NCBI GenBank assembly: GCA_035261165.1
Contig: DATFUE010000165.1
Coordinates: 1 to 28,684, forward strand
Source: Myxococcota bacterium
GTDB lineage: Bacteria > Myxococcota_A > UBA9160 > SZUA-336
DNA length: 28,684 nt
Direction of reading: 5' to 3'
Under the pieces are notes generated by a model. The model was given only the letters and a program-made list of their open reading frames with translations, did no database searches and was not told the DNA's origin. The stretch's first letter is position 1. Each line of letters opens with the position of its first letter. The position numbers and the translations under genes are program-made. Positions 14,954-24,166 of the stretch are shown here, one piece after another.

Positions 14954-17091
14954 GTGCGAACCCGCTCCACCGTGACGACGCCGCGGATCTTGGCGATCTG
15001 CCGCAGGACGCCGTCGAGGTGCTTGCGGTTCTTCACCGAGAGCTCGAACACCTGGTGCGCGCGCTTGTCGTCGCTGGTGTGGATCTGCGCGCTGTCGATG
15101 TTCACGCCCTCGGCGCTGATCTTGTTGGTGACCGCGGCGAGCAGGCCCTGCCGATCCTCGGAGACGACGCGCACCTTCACGCGGACCAGCTCGCCCGGGG
15201 CGTCGTCCCAGGTCACGGGCACGCGGCGCTCCGGATCGAGGTGGAAGATCTTGGCGCAGTCACTCGCGTGGACGGTGACTCCGCGGCCGCGCGTGATGAA
15301 GCCCTCGACCGAGTCACCGGGCACCGGCGAGCAGCACCTGGCGAACCGCACGAGCACGTTCTCCATCCCGGAGACGCGCACCTGCCCGGTGCTGCGTCCG
15401 ACGGACAGCACGCGGCGCAAGAGCGACGGCTTCGGCTCCGGGTCGTCCTCGCCGACGCCGGCGATCTTGCGCGCCACGGCGCGCGCGTCGAGCTTGCCGT
15501 AGGCCATCGCCTGCAGGAGACCGTCGAGGTCGCGCACGCCGAGGTCCTTGGCGGCGGTCTTCAGCTCGCCCGACTTCGAGAGCTTGTCGAACGAGAGACC
15601 GCGCTTGTGCAGCTCGCGGTGCAGCAGGTCGCGGCCGAGCGCGCGCGAGCGCTCCACCTGCTCGAGCTTCAGCACGTGGCGGATGCGGCTGCGCGCGCGG
15701 CCGGTGACGACGAAGTCGAGCCACTCCTGGCGCGGCCGCTGGTGCGGGGAAGTCACGATCTCGATCGTGTCGCCGTTCGCCAGCTTGTGGCGCAGCGGCA
15801 CGAGCTGGCCGTTGATCTTCGCGCCGGCGCAGTGATTGCCGACCTCGCTGTGCACCGCGTACGCAAAGTCGATCGCCGTGGCGCCCGCGGGCAGCGCCTG
15901 CACGTCGCCCTTGGGCGTGAACACGTACACCTCGTCGGAGAACAGGTCGACGCGCACCGTCTCGAGAAACTCGTTCGGGTCCTTGAGCTGCTGCTGCCAC
16001 TCCAGCAGCTGGCGCAGCCAGGCGAACTTCTGCTCGTCGTTCGCGCGGGCCGTGCCGTCGCCCTTGTACTTCCAGTGCGCTGCGATGCCGAGCTCCGCGA
16101 CGCGGTGCATCTCCTGGGTGCGGATCTGCACCTCCATGCGCTCGCCGAACGGGCCGATCACCGTGGTGTGTATGGACTGATACCCGTTGGGCTTGGGCAT
16201 CGCGATGTAGTCCTTGAAGCGGCCCTGCACCGGCTTCCACAGGCCGTGAACGATGCCGAGCGTCTCGTAACACGTGGTGGTGGTGCCGTCGACGATCGCG
16301 CGGAACGCGATCAGATCGTAGATCTGCTCGATGGAGACGTTCTGCAGCTGCATCTTCTTGTACAGGCTGTAGGCCTCCTTCAGCCGGCCCGTCACTTCGC
16401 AGCGCAGGCCGCGGGCGCCGAGCTCGGACTGGAGCCGCGTCTTCACGTCCTCGATGTAGCGCTCGCGCTCTTTCTTGGAGCCGGCGATGCGCTCCTCGAT
16501 CTGCGCGTACACTTCCGGGTGTAGGACGCGAAAGGCCCGGTCCTCGAGCTCCTCCTTCATCCAGTAGATGCCCAAGCGGTGCGCGAGCGGCGCGTAGATG
16601 TCGAGCGTCTCGCGCGCCACGCGCCGGCGCGAGTCGTCGTTCATGTATTCGAGCGTGCGGATGTTGTGCAGCCGGTCGGCGAGCTTGATCAGGATGATCC
16701 GGATGTCCTTCGACATCGCGATCAGCATCTTGCGGAAGTTCTCTGCCTGGGCCTCCTCGCGGCTCTGGAACTCGATCTTCGAGAGCTTCGTGAGTCCCGC
16801 GACCAGATCTCCGACCTCGTCGCCGAACTGAGTGCGGATGTCGGCGTCGGTCGCGAACGTGTCCTCGACCGTGTCGTGCAAGAGGCCGGCCGCGACCGTG
16901 ACCGGGTCCATGCGCATCGCCGCCAGGATCTCGGCGACCGCGAGCGGATGAGTCAGATAGGGCTCGCCCGAGAGCCGCATCTGCCCCTGGTGCACCTTCG
17001 CGGAGTAGACGTAGGCCTTCTCGAGCAGCGAGACGTCCGCGTCCGGAGCGTTCGCCTGGACCTGCTCGACGATCTCGTTGATGCGCGCCAT
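14950..17091 (-). CDS. rel: Long RSH bifunctional (p)ppGpp synthetase/hydrolase (Rel/SpoT)
   Basis: 713 aa. The hydrolase HD motif is intact (LLHDTVEDT). It has synthetase RFKDY and KPNGYQSIHT, TGS (DFAYAVHSEVG), a CC/ZFD motif (RCCSPVPGD) and a C-terminal ACT domain. Confidence 0.96.
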   Translation of the reverse strand: MARINEIVEQVQANAPDADVSLLEKAYVYSAKVHQGQMRLSGEPYLTHPLAVAEILAAMRMDPVTVAAGLLHDTVEDTFATDADIRTQFGDEVGDLVAGLTKLSKIEFQSREEAQAENFRKMLIAMSKDIRIILIKLADRLHNIRTLEYMNDDSRRRVARETLDIYAPLAHRLGIYWMKEELEDRAFRVLHPEVYAQIEERIAGSKKERERYIEDVKTRLQSELGARGLRCEVTGRLKEAYSLYKKMQLQNVSIEQIYDLIAFRAIVDGTTTTCYETLGIVHGLWKPVQGRFKDYIAMPKPNGYQSIHTTVIGPFGERMEVQIRTQEMHRVAELGIAAHWKYKGDGTARANDEQKFAWLRQLLEWQQQLKDPNEFLETVRVDLFSDEVYVFTPKGDVQALPAGATAIDFAYAVHSEVGNHCAGAKINGQLVPLRHKLANGDTIEIVTSPHQRPRQEWLDFVVTGRARSRIRHVLKLEQVERSRALGRDLLHRELHKRGLSFDKLSKSGELKTAAKDLGVRDLDGLLQAMAYGKLDARAVARKIAGVGEDDPEPKPSLLRRVLSVGRSTGQVRVSGMENVLVRFARCCSPVPGDSVEGFITRGRGVTVHASDCAKIFHLDPERRVPVTWDDAPGELVRVKVRVVSEDRQGLLAAVTNKISAEGVNIDSAQIHTSDDKRAHQVFELSVKNRKHLDGVLRQIAKIRGVVTVERVRT

Positions 17092-17670
17092 CTAGCCGCG
17101 CTCCCGCCGCGCGTCGCGGATGATCTGGAGCAGCGCATCGACCGCCTTGTCCACCGAGTCGTTGACGATCCGGTAGTGACACTGATTCGCGTAGGCAAGC
17201 TCTTCCTGAGCCCGCTGCAAGCGCCCGCGCAGGACGTCCTCGGTCTCGGAGCCGCGGTCGCGCAGCCGCGTCTCGAGCACGTCGAGCGACGGCGGCTCGA
17301 TGAACACGCGCAGCGCGTGCGGCAGCCGCACCTGGAGCTGCTCGGCGCCCTGCATCTCGACCTCGAGGATCAGATCGAAGCCCTCGGCGGTGGGCTGATC
17401 GACGGCGGCGCGGCTCGTGCCGTAGAAGTGGTTCTGATACACCGCGTACTCTAGGAACGCCCCCGCGGCGATCAAGCGGCGGAACTCGGCCTCTTTGACG
17501 AAGAAGTAGTCGACGCCGTGTCTCTCGCCCTGGCGCGGCGCGCGCGTAGTGTGCGAGACCGAGAAACGGACCTTCGGGTCGGCGTCGAGCACGCGGCGCA
17601 CGATCGTGCTCTTGCCCACGCCGGAGGGGCCGGAGACGACCAGCGGTATGCCGCGCCGCGCGGCGGTCAC
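17092..17670 (-). CDS. gmk: Guanylate kinase
   Basis: [38 protein letters not shown] and NHFYGTS motifs. Confidence 0.97.
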   Translation of the reverse strand: MTAARRGIPLVVSGPSGVGKSTIVRRVLDADPKVRFSVSHTTRAPRQGERHGVDYFFVKEAEFRRLIAAGAFLEYAVYQNHFYGTSRAAVDQPTAEGFDLILEVEMQGAEQLQVRLPHALRVFIEPPSLDVLETRLRDRGSETEDVLRGRLQRAQEELAYANQCHYRIVNDSVDKAVDALLQIIRDARRERG

Positions 17671-17924
17671 TGCGCCTCCTCGTCGTCGCCCGAGCCCGCG
17701 AGCCGCAGCGCGATCGTCTCCGCCTGGACCGCCGAGAGCACGACGTGGTCCGAGTCGGTGATGATCACCGAGCGCGTCTTCCTGCCCTGCGTGGCGTCGA
17801 CCAGCTTGCCGCGCGGGCCGGCTTCCTCGCGCAGGCGCCGGATCGGCGCGGCCGCCGAGCCGACCACCGCTACGACGCGCGCGGCGACGATCACGTTTCC
17901 ATAGCCGATGTTGAGCAGCTTCAC
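17667..17924 (-). CDS. remA: RemA/DUF370 family protein
   Basis: 85 aa: [10 protein letters not shown]...[31 protein letters not shown], in the conserved yicC-remA-gmk order. Confidence 0.92.
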   Translation of the reverse strand: MKLLNIGYGNVIVAARVVAVVGSAAAPIRRLREEAGPRGKLVDATQGRKTRSVIITDSDHVVLSAVQAETIALRLAGSGDDEEAQ

Positions 17925-18814
17925 TCGAGGTTCAGCACCTGCTCGCGGAGTTTTTCCTGCTCGGTCTTCAGCGCGACGACCGCGCGCGACAGCTCGCTGT
18001 CCGCGGACTTCGAGCCGATCGTGTTGGTCTCGCGGCCCATCTCCTGAAGCACGAACTCGAGCTTGCGGCCGACCGCCCCCGGCGCGTCGAGCGTCTCGCG
18101 GAACTGCTCGAGGTGACTGCGCAGGCGCACGGTCTCCTCGGTGACGTCCATGCGGTCGATCTGCAGCACGATCTCCTGCTCGAGCCGCCCGGGGTCGGTC
18201 TCGAGCGCGGGCGCGAGCGCGGCCAGGCGCTTCTCGAGTCGCTCGCGCACGCCGGAGCGCACGACCTCGACCCGCGCCTCGACCGCGACCAGCAGCGCCC
18301 CGATGCGCGCGAGACGGCCTCGGAGCTCGCGCTCGAGTGACTCGCCCTCGCGCGCGCGCATCTCGGCGGCCGCGGCGCAGGCGCGCTCGATGATCGCGAG
18401 CAGCGCCGGCGCGATCGACTCGGCCTCGACCTCGGGCTCGCGCATGCGCGACACCCCGGGCAACGCCAGGAGCGCCGAAACGCCGAGCTCCTCGGCGCTC
18501 GCGAGATCCTGCGCGAGCTCCTTCGCGGCGCGGGCGTAGCTGCGCGCGGCCTCGACGTCGATCTCGAGCCGCGGCGCGAACGCGCCCTCGCGCGGCAGGC
18601 GCACGGAGATCTCGACCTGGCCGCGCTCGAAGTACTTGCCCGCCAGCAGGCGCACGTCGCTCTCGAGCGAGGCGAGCTCCCGGGGCAGGCGCGCGCGCAC
18701 CTCGAGGTGGCGCGAGTTCACGCTGCGCGCCTCGGCCGCGAGACCGTCCGCGCCCTCGGCGCGGCCGAAGCCGGTCATGGAGCGACGCGTGGGCGCGGGC
18801 TCGCCCCGAGTCAC
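17921..18814 (-). CDS. yicC: YicC/YloC family endoribonuclease
   Basis: [25 protein letters not shown] and [21 protein letters not shown]...[14 protein letters not shown] 18814 overlaps the upstream TGA. ATG 18778 is an alternative start. Confidence 0.93.
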   Translation of the reverse strand: MTRGEPAPTRRSMTGFGRAEGADGLAAEARSVNSRHLEVRARLPRELASLESDVRLLAGKYFERGQVEISVRLPREGAFAPRLEIDVEAARSYARAAKELAQDLASAEELGVSALLALPGVSRMREPEVEAESIAPALLAIIERACAAAAEMRAREGESLERELRGRLARIGALLVAVEARVEVVRSGVRERLEKRLAALAPALETDPGRLEQEIVLQIDRMDVTEETVRLRSHLEQFRETLDAPGAVGRKLEFVLQEMGRETNTIGSKSADSELSRAVVALKTEQEKLREQVLNLE

Positions 18815-19926
18815 CGCGTGAGCCCCCGCTCGACCAGCTCGCGCTGCGCGCGCTCGGCGTCGTCGCGGGGCTTCTGCGCGCGCGCGAACTGAATCACTTC
18901 GCCGATGCCGTCCTCGAGCCGCACCTTGGCCTCGAAGCCGAGCACGCGCTTGGCTTCTCCGGGGTCCGCGAAGCAGTGGCGGATGTCGCCCGCGCGGAAC
19001 TTGCCGGTGATGTCGGGCGCGATCTGCAGCCGGAGTCTCTCGGCGAGCAGCTCCGCGACGCGCCGGATGGTCGTCCGCCGGCCCGTGCCCACGTTGCATA
19101 CGCGCCCGCCGGCGGCTTCGCAGCGCAGCGCCGAAAGGTTCGCGCGAACGATGTCCGAGACGTGCACGAAGTCGCGCGACTGCTCGCCGTCCTCGGTCAC
19201 CAGCGGGCGATTGCCGTTCAAGAGCCGCGAGCTGAAGATCGCCGCGACCCCGGTGTACGGGTTCGAGAGCGCCTGGCGCGAGCCGTAGACGTTGAAGTAG
19301 CGCAGCGCGACCGTGGGAATTCCGTACGCGTTTCCCACCGCGAGGAACAGCTCCTCGTGATCGCGCTTGGACACGGCATACACCGAAGTGGGTTGCAGCG
19401 GCTTGGTCTCGGGCGTGCCGATCGGGCGCAGCGCGCGGCCCGCGGCGTCGACCAGCTCCCACTGGCGCTTCTCGAGCTGCGCGTCCGGCCGCAGGCTCGG
19501 GCTCGCCACCTTCCCTTCCGCGTCGAGATACGCGCCCTCGCCGTAGATCGACATCGACGACGCGACCACCAGGCGCTTGATCGCGGCCTTCTTCGCCACG
19601 ATCTCCTGCAGCAGCACCGCCGCGCCGAGCGAGTTCGCCGAGACGTAGCTCGCGATCTCGTACATCGACTGCGCCACGCCGACCGCCGCCGCGTCGTGAA
19701 TCACGACCTCCACGCCGTCGAGGGCGCGGCGCACGACCTCGGCGTCGCGCACGTCGCCGCGCACGTACTCCGCCTTGGGCTGCGCATACGCCGGCCAGTC
19801 GGCGCCGGCGCCGTGCACCTGGGGGTCGAGCGAGTCGAGCACGCGCACGCGCTGGCCCTCGGCGACGAGCGCATCCACCAGGTGCGAACCGATGAAGCCC
19901 GCTCCGCCGGTGACCAGAATCTTCAT
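18811..19926 (-). CDS. NAD-dependent nucleotide-sugar epimerase/dehydratase (extended SDR)
   Basis: Start reset to ATG 19926 ([16 protein letters not shown]). Motifs [24 protein letters not shown] and RDFVHVSDI. Confidence 0.92.
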   Translation of the reverse strand: MKILVTGGAGFIGSHLVDALVAEGQRVRVLDSLDPQVHGAGADWPAYAQPKAEYVRGDVRDAEVVRRALDGVEVVIHDAAAVGVAQSMYEIASYVSANSLGAAVLLQEIVAKKAAIKRLVVASSMSIYGEGAYLDAEGKVASPSLRPDAQLEKRQWELVDAAGRALRPIGTPETKPLQPTSVYAVSKRDHEELFLAVGNAYGIPTVALRYFNVYGSRQALSNPYTGVAAIFSSRLLNGNRPLVTEDGEQSRDFVHVSDIVRANLSALRCEAAGGRVCNVGTGRRTTIRRVAELLAERLRLQIAPDITGKFRAGDIRHCFADPGEAKRVLGFEAKVRLEDGIGEVIQFARAQKPRDDAERAQRELVERGLTR

Positions 19927-19958
19927 GCGTCTCCCCCGTGGTTTGGATCGGTCGGCGG

Positions 19959-20873
19959 CTAGGCCGCCGCGAGCCCGGAAGTGGCCGGCTCCCCCGCGCC
20001 GTGCCAGGCGAGGATCTTGCGGTACTCCTCCGCCCGCCGCCCGCCGAGCACGCTGCCGCACAGGATCTTTGCCATCACGATCGCGCGCAGCGTCAGATAC
20101 ACCGCGCGCGAGCGATTCTTGCGGAAAAAGATGTAGCGGCTGCGGTAGTACTCGATGCGCGTGCGCAGCGGCAGCTTCTTCTTGGTCGATTCGCCGTACA
20201 GGTGGATCACGTGCGCGTCGGGCAGGTGGAAGACGCGCCAGCCGGCGCCGCGCATGCGGTGACACCAATCGGTTTCCTCGAGGAAGAAGAAGTAGTCCTC
20301 GTCGATCAGGCCCACCTGCTGGATCACCTCGCGGCGCGCGAACAGACACGCCCCCAGCACCGCCTCCACTTCGACCGGCGCGCGGTAGTCGACCCGCTTG
20401 CTCGGCCAGCGCTTCGGGAACAGGCGCCGCAGGACGGACTGGCCGACGATCTCGGACACGAGCGTCGGCGAGTTGTGGATGCAGTTCTGCTTGCTGCGGT
20501 CCGGGTTCAGGAGCTGCGGGCCGACCGCGCCGGCGTCGGGGTGCTCGTCGAGGAAGCGCACGCAGGCCTCGAGCCCGCCGGGCAGCACGATCGTGTCGCT
20601 GTTCAAGAGCACCGCGTGTCTGCCGCGCATGACTTCCAGGCCACGGTTGTTGCCGGCGCCGAAGCCGATGTTCTTCGGCAGCGCGAGCACGCGCGTCTCG
20701 GGGAACTGGCGCACGACCGACTCGACCGTGGCGTCGGCGGAGCCGTTGTCGACCACGATCACCTCGTAGGTCAGCCCGAGCTTTGCGTCGCGAATCGAGG
20801 CGAGACAGTCGAGCACGAGATCGCGCACGTTCCAGGCGACGATCACGATCGAGAGGTCGACTTCGTCGCTCAC
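19959..20873 (-). CDS. Glycosyltransferase family 2, WbbL/rhamnosyltransferase-like
   Basis: Start reset to GTG 20873, overlapping the waaF TGA. Motifs LSIVIVAWN, VVDNGSAD, NIGFGAGNNRG, LLNSD and FFFLEETDWC. Confidence 0.85.
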   Translation of the reverse strand: MSDEVDLSIVIVAWNVRDLVLDCLASIRDAKLGLTYEVIVVDNGSADATVESVVRQFPETRVLALPKNIGFGAGNNRGLEVMRGRHAVLLNSDTIVLPGGLEACVRFLDEHPDAGAVGPQLLNPDRSKQNCIHNSPTLVSEIVGQSVLRRLFPKRWPSKRVDYRAPVEVEAVLGACLFARREVIQQVGLIDEDYFFFLEETDWCHRMRGAGWRVFHLPDAHVIHLYGESTKKKLPLRTRIEYYRSRYIFFRKNRSRAVYLTLRAIVMAKILCGSVLGGRRAEEYRKILAWHGAGEPATSGLAAA

Positions 20874-21952
20874 GTCGCCAGCTCCAGCTCCACCGAGCCC
20901 TGCCAGTCGCTGCGCGAGAGCGCCGCTCGCGCCTCGGCGAGCACCCGCGCGGGCAACAGCCGCGTCATGCAGCGGTGGTCGATCGGGCAGACCTTCAGCT
21001 GGCAGGGCGAGCACTCGACCGGCTCGCGCAGGAGCTTGGTGCGCTTCAGGTTCAAGTTGGTGTAGCCCACCGCCGTCGGGCCCATCAGCACGATCGTCGG
21101 CACCTCGAAGGCGGCGGCGATGTGGCGCGCGCCGGCGTCGTTGCAGATCAGGAGCTGCGCGCGCGCGAGCACGGACTTCAGCAGCGAGAGCGACATCGCG
21201 TCTCCGCCGAGCATCGCCAGGGCGACACCGGCGCGTGTCGCGACCTCGGCGGCCAGGGCGCCCTCCCCCGGGCCGTGCACCAGGGCGACGTCCACACCGT
21301 CGCCGCGCAGCGCGCGCGCGACCTCCGCGACGTAGTCGAGCGGCCAGAGCTTCGACGGTCCGAAGCCCGCGCCGGGCGCGAGACACGCCAGGGGTCGCCC
21401 GCCGCCGATCCCGTGACTCGCGAACAGCGCGTCGCACTCGCGCTCCGCGTCGGCCTCGGCAAACAGCTCGATCTGCGTGCCGAGGTCGGGCGCGCCGAGC
21501 CGGCGCGCGAGCTCGAGGTAGTAGCGCTCCATCGCGAGCGGCACGAAGCGGCCGTTCGCGCGCGGCGCCGGCACCGGGTCGGTGAGCAAGAGACTGCGGC
21601 CGCGGCGCGCGTAGCCGACGCGCACGGGCGCGCGCGAGGCGAACGCGAGCAGCGCGCTCGCGAACGAGTTGGGCAGCACGAGCGCGATGTCGGTCCCGCG
21701 CAGCTCGCGCGCCACGCGCATGCGCTCGCGAAACTGCGCGAGCTTGCTGCGGCTGCGGTAGATGTCGTGCGCGACGAAGCGATCGATCCAGGGCGCGCCG
21801 CGCATTACACCGAGAAGTGACGCCCGCACGACCAGAGTGACCTCGGCGCCCGGACGGCCGCGGCGCAGCGCGCGCAGCGCCGGGGTCGCCATCACCACGT
21901 CCCCCAGGTGGTTCGGCAGCACGACGGCGATTTTCTCTTTCACTACGCCCAC
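20870..21952 (-). CDS. waaF: Lipopolysaccharide heptosyltransferase II (GT9)
   Basis: LPNHLGDVVMATPA, PNSFASA, RVGYARRGR, LAPGAGFGPSKLWP, NDAGARHIAAA and a C-terminal CSPCQLKVCPIDHRCM. The true start may be GTG 21943. Confidence 0.8.
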   Translation of the reverse strand: MGVVKEKIAVVLPNHLGDVVMATPALRALRRGRPGAEVTLVVRASLLGVMRGAPWIDRFVAHDIYRSRSKLAQFRERMRVARELRGTDIALVLPNSFASALLAFASRAPVRVGYARRGRSLLLTDPVPAPRANGRFVPLAMERYYLELARRLGAPDLGTQIELFAEADAERECDALFASHGIGGGRPLACLAPGAGFGPSKLWPLDYVAEVARALRGDGVDVALVHGPGEGALAAEVATRAGVALAMLGGDAMSLSLLKSVLARAQLLICNDAGARHIAAAFEVPTIVLMGPTAVGYTNLNLKRTKLLREPVECSPCQLKVCPIDHRCMTRLLPARVLAEARAALSRSDWQGSVELELAT

Positions 21953-22007
21953 TTAGTAGAGAGGCTCCGCGCGATTCCCCGCCTCCCTAGATACCGGGTT
22001 CCCGGCG

Positions 22008-23042
22008 CTAGAGCAACGCGAGCGCCGCCTCGATCACCGCCTCGGGTTCGACCGCGCGCATGCAGGCCCGCGCGGGACAGCCCTCGCGACACGGATTGCA
22101 GCCCACGTCGCGGCGCACGATGCGGTTGGGCACCGACGCGCTCGGGGCGTTTTCGATCGGATCGGTGGGCCCGAAGATCGCCACCACGGGCGTTCCCGCC
22201 AGCGCCGCCAGGTGCATGGGCCCCGAGTCGCAGCCGACGAACAGGCTGGCGCGCGCGAGCAGGGCGAGAAAGTCCGCGAGCGACTCGGTCGCGGGCGCGA
22301 GCGCGGCCGCGCCGTTCGACGCCGCGACCACCGCGCGCGCCGCCTCGCGCTCGCCGGCGACCGGGCCGAACGCCACGAGTGTCTCGACGCGCGCGCGCTC
22401 GTGGAGACCGCGCGCCAGCGCGGCGAAGCGGTCGGCCTCCCAGCGCTTGTAGCCGGTCTTGGGGCTCGTGCCCGGGTGCAGGAGCGCGAAGCGCGCGGGC
22501 AGCTCGCCGAACATGCGCCCGCGCGCGGGGTCGAGCTCGAGGACCGCCGGGCGCTCCGGGATCTCGCCGCCGAGAAAGCGCACCAGCGCCGCGTTGCGCT
22601 CGAAGCGCGACACGTGACTCGAAGGGACCGGCGCGCTCAGGGTCTGCAGCCAGTGACTCGCCTCCTTCGCGATCGGCGCCGCGTAACCGACGCGCGCCGG
22701 AATGCCGGCCGACCAGGCGAGGAACGCGCTGCGAAACACGCCGTGGAAGTCGATGGAAAGATCGTATCTCCGCGCGCGGAGCTCCGCGGAGAACTCGCGC
22801 AGGGCGGCGAACGCGACCAGCGGGTGTCTCGCGCGCAGCCGGCGCCGCGGCACCTGCACCAGCTCGGAGAGCCCCGGCAGGCCCACCAGCCCGGCGGCGG
22901 CGCGATCCTCGACGAGCCAGTCGATGCGCGCCTTCGGATACAGGGCGCGGACGCCGGCGAACGCGAAGCGCGTGCGCACCACGTCGCCGAGCGCGCCGAG
23001 GCGAATCACGAGGATGCGCTCCGCGGGTAGGGGCCCTAGCAT
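22008..23042 (-). CDS. Glycosyltransferase family 9 (second heptosyltransferase, WaaC/OpsX/WaaQ-like)
   Basis: RILVIRLGALGDVV, YDLSIDFHG, LLHPGTS...KRW and FVGCDSGPMHLAALAG. ATG 23042 is preferred over TTG 23051. Confidence 0.87.
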   Translation of the reverse strand: MLGPLPAERILVIRLGALGDVVRTRFAFAGVRALYPKARIDWLVEDRAAAGLVGLPGLSELVQVPRRRLRARHPLVAFAALREFSAELRARRYDLSIDFHGVFRSAFLAWSAGIPARVGYAAPIAKEASHWLQTLSAPVPSSHVSRFERNAALVRFLGGEIPERPAVLELDPARGRMFGELPARFALLHPGTSPKTGYKRWEADRFAALARGLHERARVETLVAFGPVAGEREAARAVVAASNGAAALAPATESLADFLALLARASLFVGCDSGPMHLAALAGTPVVAIFGPTDPIENAPSASVPNRIVRRDVGCNPCREGCPARACMRAVEPEAVIEAALALL

Positions 23043-23050
23043 GGGCTCCA

Positions 23051-24166
23051 ATGGTCGCCCCGCGTCTCTTGTGGCGCTACATGTTCAGCGACATCCTGGT
23101 GCACGCGTTGCTCGGATTGTTCGCGATCACGCTGCTGCTAGTGGTCAGCAATCTGCTGCGCTTCATGGAGGAGCTCGCCGCCGCCGGGGTCGGGCTCTCG
23201 GCGCTGGGTCAGCTGGTGCTCGCGATCCTGCCCGCGTACGCCTCGTACGCGCTGCCGACGGCCCTGTTGTTCGGCGTGCTGCTCTCGCTCGGGCGCATGT
23301 CGGCGGACGGCGAGATCGTGGCGATGCGCGCGAGCGGCATCAGCGGGCCGCGCCTGCTCCCGCCCGCGCTCGCGCTCGGCCTGATCGCCGCCGTCGCCGC
23401 GGGGTATCTGCTCTTCGAGGTCCAGCCGAAGGCCGCCATCCGGATCCGCGCGCTGATGCGCCAGCTGGTCGGGTCGATCCAGGTGGTCGAGCCCGGGCGC
23501 TTCCTCGAGTTCGGCGACAAGCTGCTCTACGTTCACTCACTGGGCGACGCGAGCTGTCCGCTCGAGGGCGTGTTGATCGGCAGCGCGACCGAGGGCGACC
23601 GCAGCTTCTACGCCGCCGCGCGTTGCGGGACCATGGAGAGCGACACGACCGGCAACACGCTCGGCTTCGTGCTGCACGACGGCTCGATTCACTTCCGCGA
23701 TCCCGATCCCGCGCGCTATCGCCGCATCCGCTTCAAGACGATGAAGACCGTGGTCGACGTGTCGCTCTACACGGATCCGAGGCCGGGCACGTCGCAGCTC
23801 ACGTTCAAGGAGCTGATCGCGGTCGGGCAGCTGCCCGAGAGCGATCCAGACGTGAGGCGCCTGAAGGGCCGCTACGGCACCGGGGTCGACGTGCAGATCC
23901 AGCGGCGCCTGGCGTTCCCGTTCGCGTCGCTCCTGCTCGCGCTGATCGCCGTGCCGCTGGGCCTCCGGCCGATGCGCTCCGGCCGCTCGGCGGGCGCGCT
24001 CACGGCGATCGTCGTGATGGCGCTCTACTGGCTGGCCTTCTCGCTCGGCGACATGGCCGCGACGCGCGGGTTCGTGCCGGTCTGGCTCGGCTTCTGGCTG
24101 CCGAACGCGCTGGCGCTCGCGATCGGCGTCGGCCTGATGCGCCGGCTCGCGCGGGGCGACGACTGA
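23051..24166 (+). CDS. lptF: LptF/LptG family LPS export permease
   Basis: LLWRYM, LPTALLFGVLLSLGRMSADGEIVAMRASGIS and QRRLAFPFASLLLALIAVPLG motifs, with a 3+3 TM layout around a periplasmic domain. F versus G is not certain. Confidence 0.8.
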   Translation: MVAPRLLWRYMFSDILVHALLGLFAITLLLVVSNLLRFMEELAAAGVGLSALGQLVLAILPAYASYALPTALLFGVLLSLGRMSADGEIVAMRASGISGPRLLPPALALGLIAAVAAGYLLFEVQPKAAIRIRALMRQLVGSIQVVEPGRFLEFGDKLLYVHSLGDASCPLEGVLIGSATEGDRSFYAAARCGTMESDTTGNTLGFVLHDGSIHFRDPDPARYRRIRFKTMKTVVDVSLYTDPRPGTSQLTFKELIAVGQLPESDPDVRRLKGRYGTGVDVQIQRRLAFPFASLLLALIAVPLGLRPMRSGRSAGALTAIVVMALYWLAFSLGDMAATRGFVPVWLGFWLPNALALAIGVGLMRRLARGDD

